Shown here piece after piece: positions 55,464 through 57,691 of a stretch of DNA of 57,691 bases (position 1 is its first letter; each line of letters begins with the position of its first letter). The notes beneath the pieces were generated by a model, which had not been told where the DNA came from, did not search any database, and saw only the letters and a list, made by a program, of their open reading frames with translations. The stretch spans positions 1 to 57,691 of the IMG/VR virus record IMGVR_UViG_3300044631_002111. The stretch is one strand, 5' to 3'. The DNA comes from a virus. Its lineage: Duplodnaviria > Caudoviricetes. Both the position numbers and the translations under genes were made by a program.

Positions 55464-56057
55464 ATGAAACACTATTATACTAACTACGACGATCTCGCCG
55501 AGGCTTGGGTCAAAGGCGAAGTAGACGGCGAGATTTACACCGCCAAGCGCCGGATGTATGCGACGGAGGACGCCATCTATTCGTATGGCTCCCACTTCTG
55601 CATCGCACGGCGTTGGCGATCAGTCGGTCGCAAGAACGCCCACTTCTTGCTCACCGAGCGCCGATACAGCAATACGACCGAGACCCATAAAAGTGCGGTC
55701 TATAGCAACCTGCCCGACAGCAGAACCATCCTGCTGCCGCAAGTAGATAACTTACACGCATACGGACTGGTCAACGGAACGGACGAGGACCTGAGCAAGG
55801 CGGTCTATGAGACGGAGTGCAGTCGTCTGGACAACTTCTTGACCAAATACAATCGGATGCTGCGCCCCTACGAGGAGGAATACTTGTTGGAGCGAGTCCG
55901 CAACTCCTCCGATCTGCTGAACCGCTTCGGCCTCACCCTGCCTGAGCGGCTCACCGACAAAGCGCAGTCTGCGCAAAATCACTGTCACTCGCGCAAATCC
56001 CGAAACGCCGTGCTTGATGCCACCGCTCACGCACGTCACCGGCTACTCGCAGCCTAA
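55464..56057 (+). CDS. Early hypothetical protein (IYSYG.HF.IA...YS.TT..H family) ending in LLAA
   Basis: 197 aa. Confidence 0.7.
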   Translation: MKHYYTNYDDLAEAWVKGEVDGEIYTAKRRMYATEDAIYSYGSHFCIARRWRSVGRKNAHFLLTERRYSNTTETHKSAVYSNLPDSRTILLPQVDNLHAYGLVNGTDEDLSKAVYETECSRLDNFLTKYNRMLRPYEEEYLLERVRNSSDLLNRFGLTLPERLTDKAQSAQNHCHSRKSRNAVLDATAHARHRLLAA

Positions 56058-56063
56058 CTACGT

Positions 56064-56252
56064 ATGAATAAATCTCTTATCTACCAAAGCGCGGCCCACT
56101 TCAACGCCACGCACGACTACAGCGTCGAGGCAGCACTCATGCTCTCGTCGGCCGTCGTTCGCCATGCCCACCAAGTCCAGTTGGCACGGAAAGAAGCGGC
56201 CGATCCGCAGCTAACCCTGCCTCTGGACCTACACGAAACACCGCTGCCATGA
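56064..56252 (+). CDS. Small protein with a QL.LPL clamp-binding-like motif
   Basis: 62 aa, ...DPQLTLPL... Confidence 0.5.
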   Translation: MNKSLIYQSAAHFNATHDYSVEAALMLSSAVVRHAHQVQLARKEAADPQLTLPLDLHETPLP

Positions 56253-56950
56253 GAACTATAGAAACAAAAGTCTACACGTTCGACGAGTTGTCAGACTCCG
56301 CAAAACAAAAAGCCTTAGACAAGCATCGGTATATGGAAGTCGAATACCCCGAATGGTGGGACTGCACCTACGACGACTTCTTAGAACAAGTCGCCCTCAA
56401 AGGGTATTCGGTCGCCTACAAGGATATAAACTTCAGCGGCTTTTGTTGCCAAGGCGACGGCGCCTGCTTTCGCGGCCGCGTCCACAAAACGCACGAAGAA
56501 ATCCTCGCCCTGTTACCCTGCGACCTTGCCGCCAAGCTCAAATTCATCGGCTCCAAGCTGCGGTTGCTCGGGGAAGATGTGCGCCTAGACGACCTGTCTT
56601 GCGACTTCACGTTGGAAACCTCTGGTCGCTACTCCCACAGCAGCGCCATGCGGATCGACAACGTGTATCCGAATCACGGTCCTTGGAGTCGATGCCAGCC
56701 CGATACCTGCACCTGTTATCCGGAGTGGCCGGGGCTTTGTGACGAGCTGGAGGAACTCCACGGACTCGTGGAGGATGCGCTACACAGCACAGAGTTGCAG
56801 AGCGCTCTTCTAGAAGAAGCCCGCGATCTTGCCGACGAATTATATAAAAGTCTGGAGCAAGAACACGAGTATCTCACGAGCGACGAGTATATCGCCGAGA
56901 GGCTCCGCGATAGGGATGACGAGTTCACCGAAGACGGCGCGTCCCTTTAA
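56249..56950 (+). CDS. Conserved phage/plasmid early protein (VYTFDELS..AK..A ... FSGF..QGDGA.F ... Y..LE.E.EYLTSDE ... F.E.G)
   Basis: 233 aa, acidic. Confidence 0.75.
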   Translation: MRTIETKVYTFDELSDSAKQKALDKHRYMEVEYPEWWDCTYDDFLEQVALKGYSVAYKDINFSGFCCQGDGACFRGRVHKTHEEILALLPCDLAAKLKFIGSKLRLLGEDVRLDDLSCDFTLETSGRYSHSSAMRIDNVYPNHGPWSRCQPDTCTCYPEWPGLCDELEELHGLVEDALHSTELQSALLEEARDLADELYKSLEQEHEYLTSDEYIAERLRDRDDEFTEDGASL

Positions 56951-56985
56951 CCGGTATCTCATACCACAACTACGAAAGGAAACCA

Positions 56986-57186
56986 ATGAATAAGAAAATA
57001 CAGGAAACCTATGACCTCGCCGTGCGCGAGGTGCTGGCCGACTTGTCGGTCATGGATGAGGACGACGAGTGCTACACGCTCTCCGTCGATAAGAACATCT
57101 ACGACAACTTCATCGAGGCAACCCACGCGCTATCCAACGAGAGAGCAAAGGTTTTGCGCCGACGCAAGGCCGTCAAGAAACACTGA
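56986..57186 (+). CDS. Early hypothetical protein
   Basis: 66 aa, GAAAGGA SD. Confidence 0.6.
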   Translation: MNKKIQETYDLAVREVLADLSVMDEDDECYTLSVDKNIYDNFIEATHALSNERAKVLRRRKAVKKH

Positions 57187-57212
57187 CCCCTCAACGAAAG
57201 GAAAACACACCT

Positions 57213-57455
57213 ATGAAAAAGCAAAAACCCTACACCTTCTTCTTCCACTACAACAAACCGCTCTCGCAACAGCGCGGCAAGAACATCTTGTCGGTCCACT
57301 TCCGGAACGCTTGCCACTTTGTCGAGAGCTTGAGTTGCAACGTCCCCATTGCGACTCGCAACCGCAAAACCCAACCGCGCTGCGTGATGAGTGGCCGCGC
57401 TAGTTCCATCGAACTTCGCAACGTCAACGGGGAATCACACGCCATCATCCTATGA
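57213..57455 (+). CDS. Early hypothetical protein (FFFHYNKP...QPR.VM.G family)
   Basis: 80 aa, GAAAGGA SD. Confidence 0.65.
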   Translation: MKKQKPYTFFFHYNKPLSQQRGKNILSVHFRNACHFVESLSCNVPIATRNRKTQPRCVMSGRASSIELRNVNGESHAIIL

Positions 57456-57658
57456 AAAAGAAACTCGTAGATCCACGTAAAGTCAAAGTCCCAGGTTACG
57501 TCACAGAAATTGCCGCGTCCGCCTACATCTACTCGGAAATGCACGGCGGCTACTGGAAAGGCGAGCGCCCCGGCTATCCCCGCGAAAGGTGGCTGCGCGA
57601 AATCAAACTCGGCGCCACGCTCAAGGGCTACTGGGAGTGGGCCGCGTCGTTTATCTAA
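57452..57658 (+). CDS. Early hypothetical protein
   Basis: 68 aa, ATGA-coupled. Confidence 0.55.
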   Translation: MKKKLVDPRKVKVPGYVTEIAASAYIYSEMHGGYWKGERPGYPRERWLREIKLGATLKGYWEWAASFI

Positions 57659-57691
57659 ACCTAGAAAGGAAAAACACTTATGCCCTACAAC

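Larger units (their letters stand above)
1..57691. mobile_element. Temperate tailed bacteriophage genome segment (podovirus-like; free/circular form because attP is intact)
   Basis: TerL-portal-scaffold-capsid-tail-lysis operon, integrase with adjacent tRNA-3'-end core, PolA/primase/helicase module, dense small early genes; no host housekeeping genes or tape-measure gene seen. Confidence 0.95.

Noticed and set aside
30177-57544. Minus-strand ORFs over the replication and early genes (e.g. 51814-52863, 39785-40522)
   Set aside because: These are shadows of well-supported + strand genes; only 43737-44099 and 45791-46426 are accepted on minus.
1-57691. Stop-codon reassignment, introns or inteins
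   Set aside because: Core genes (TerL, portal, PolA, helicase) are full length and uninterrupted in the standard code, and all three stop codons are used.

Overview
The whole window is part of a temperate tailed phage genome with a podovirus-like layout; it is truncated at both edges and no host genes were seen. A PVC-superphylum (Verrucomicrobia-like) host is a weak inference from gene style. Region 1-29918 (minus strand) is the virion operon: TerL, portal, scaffold, major capsid, fibre proteins, a lysis cassette with a CHAP endolysin, a tail protein with a symmetric SGTN-repeat insert, a DUF3431-like protein, Cys-rich proteins, and three internal/ejection proteins. The last of these is a >1400-aa HExxH protein missed by the ORF track. 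Region 29930-32012 holds a tRNA-3'-end attP with arm repeats, a tyrosine integrase, an RHH regulator and an Xis-like protein. Region 32009-41749 (plus strand) is the replication module: RuvC-like resolvase, dNMP kinase, SNF2 helicase, Cas4-like nuclease, SSB, PolA (Leu762 type) and primase-helicase. Region 44100-45000 is a repeat-rich non-coding ori/end-like region. It is followed by a detached TerS-like gene and a plus-strand early region (phosphoesterase, DUF6878/DUF6915-like, DUF3150-like, MoxR AAA plus VWA/metallopeptidase). Most notable unexplained signals: (1) a ~750-nt densely base-paired non-coding RNA candidate at 46527-47273 behind a sigma70-like promoter; (2) ten exact copies of the 16-bp perfect palindrome TATCCGATATCGGATA confined to 45025-52857, two of them inside that RNA and the rest at gene junctions; (3) a second, genome-wide 13-bp operator-like motif (GGT-N7-ACC, ideal GGTATAWTATACC) in ~17 copies at promoters and gene junctions; (4) four early proteins ending in the ssrA-like degron LAA; (5) attP lying between terL and its putative promoter. 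Family names come from motif recognition by eye, not from database searches.
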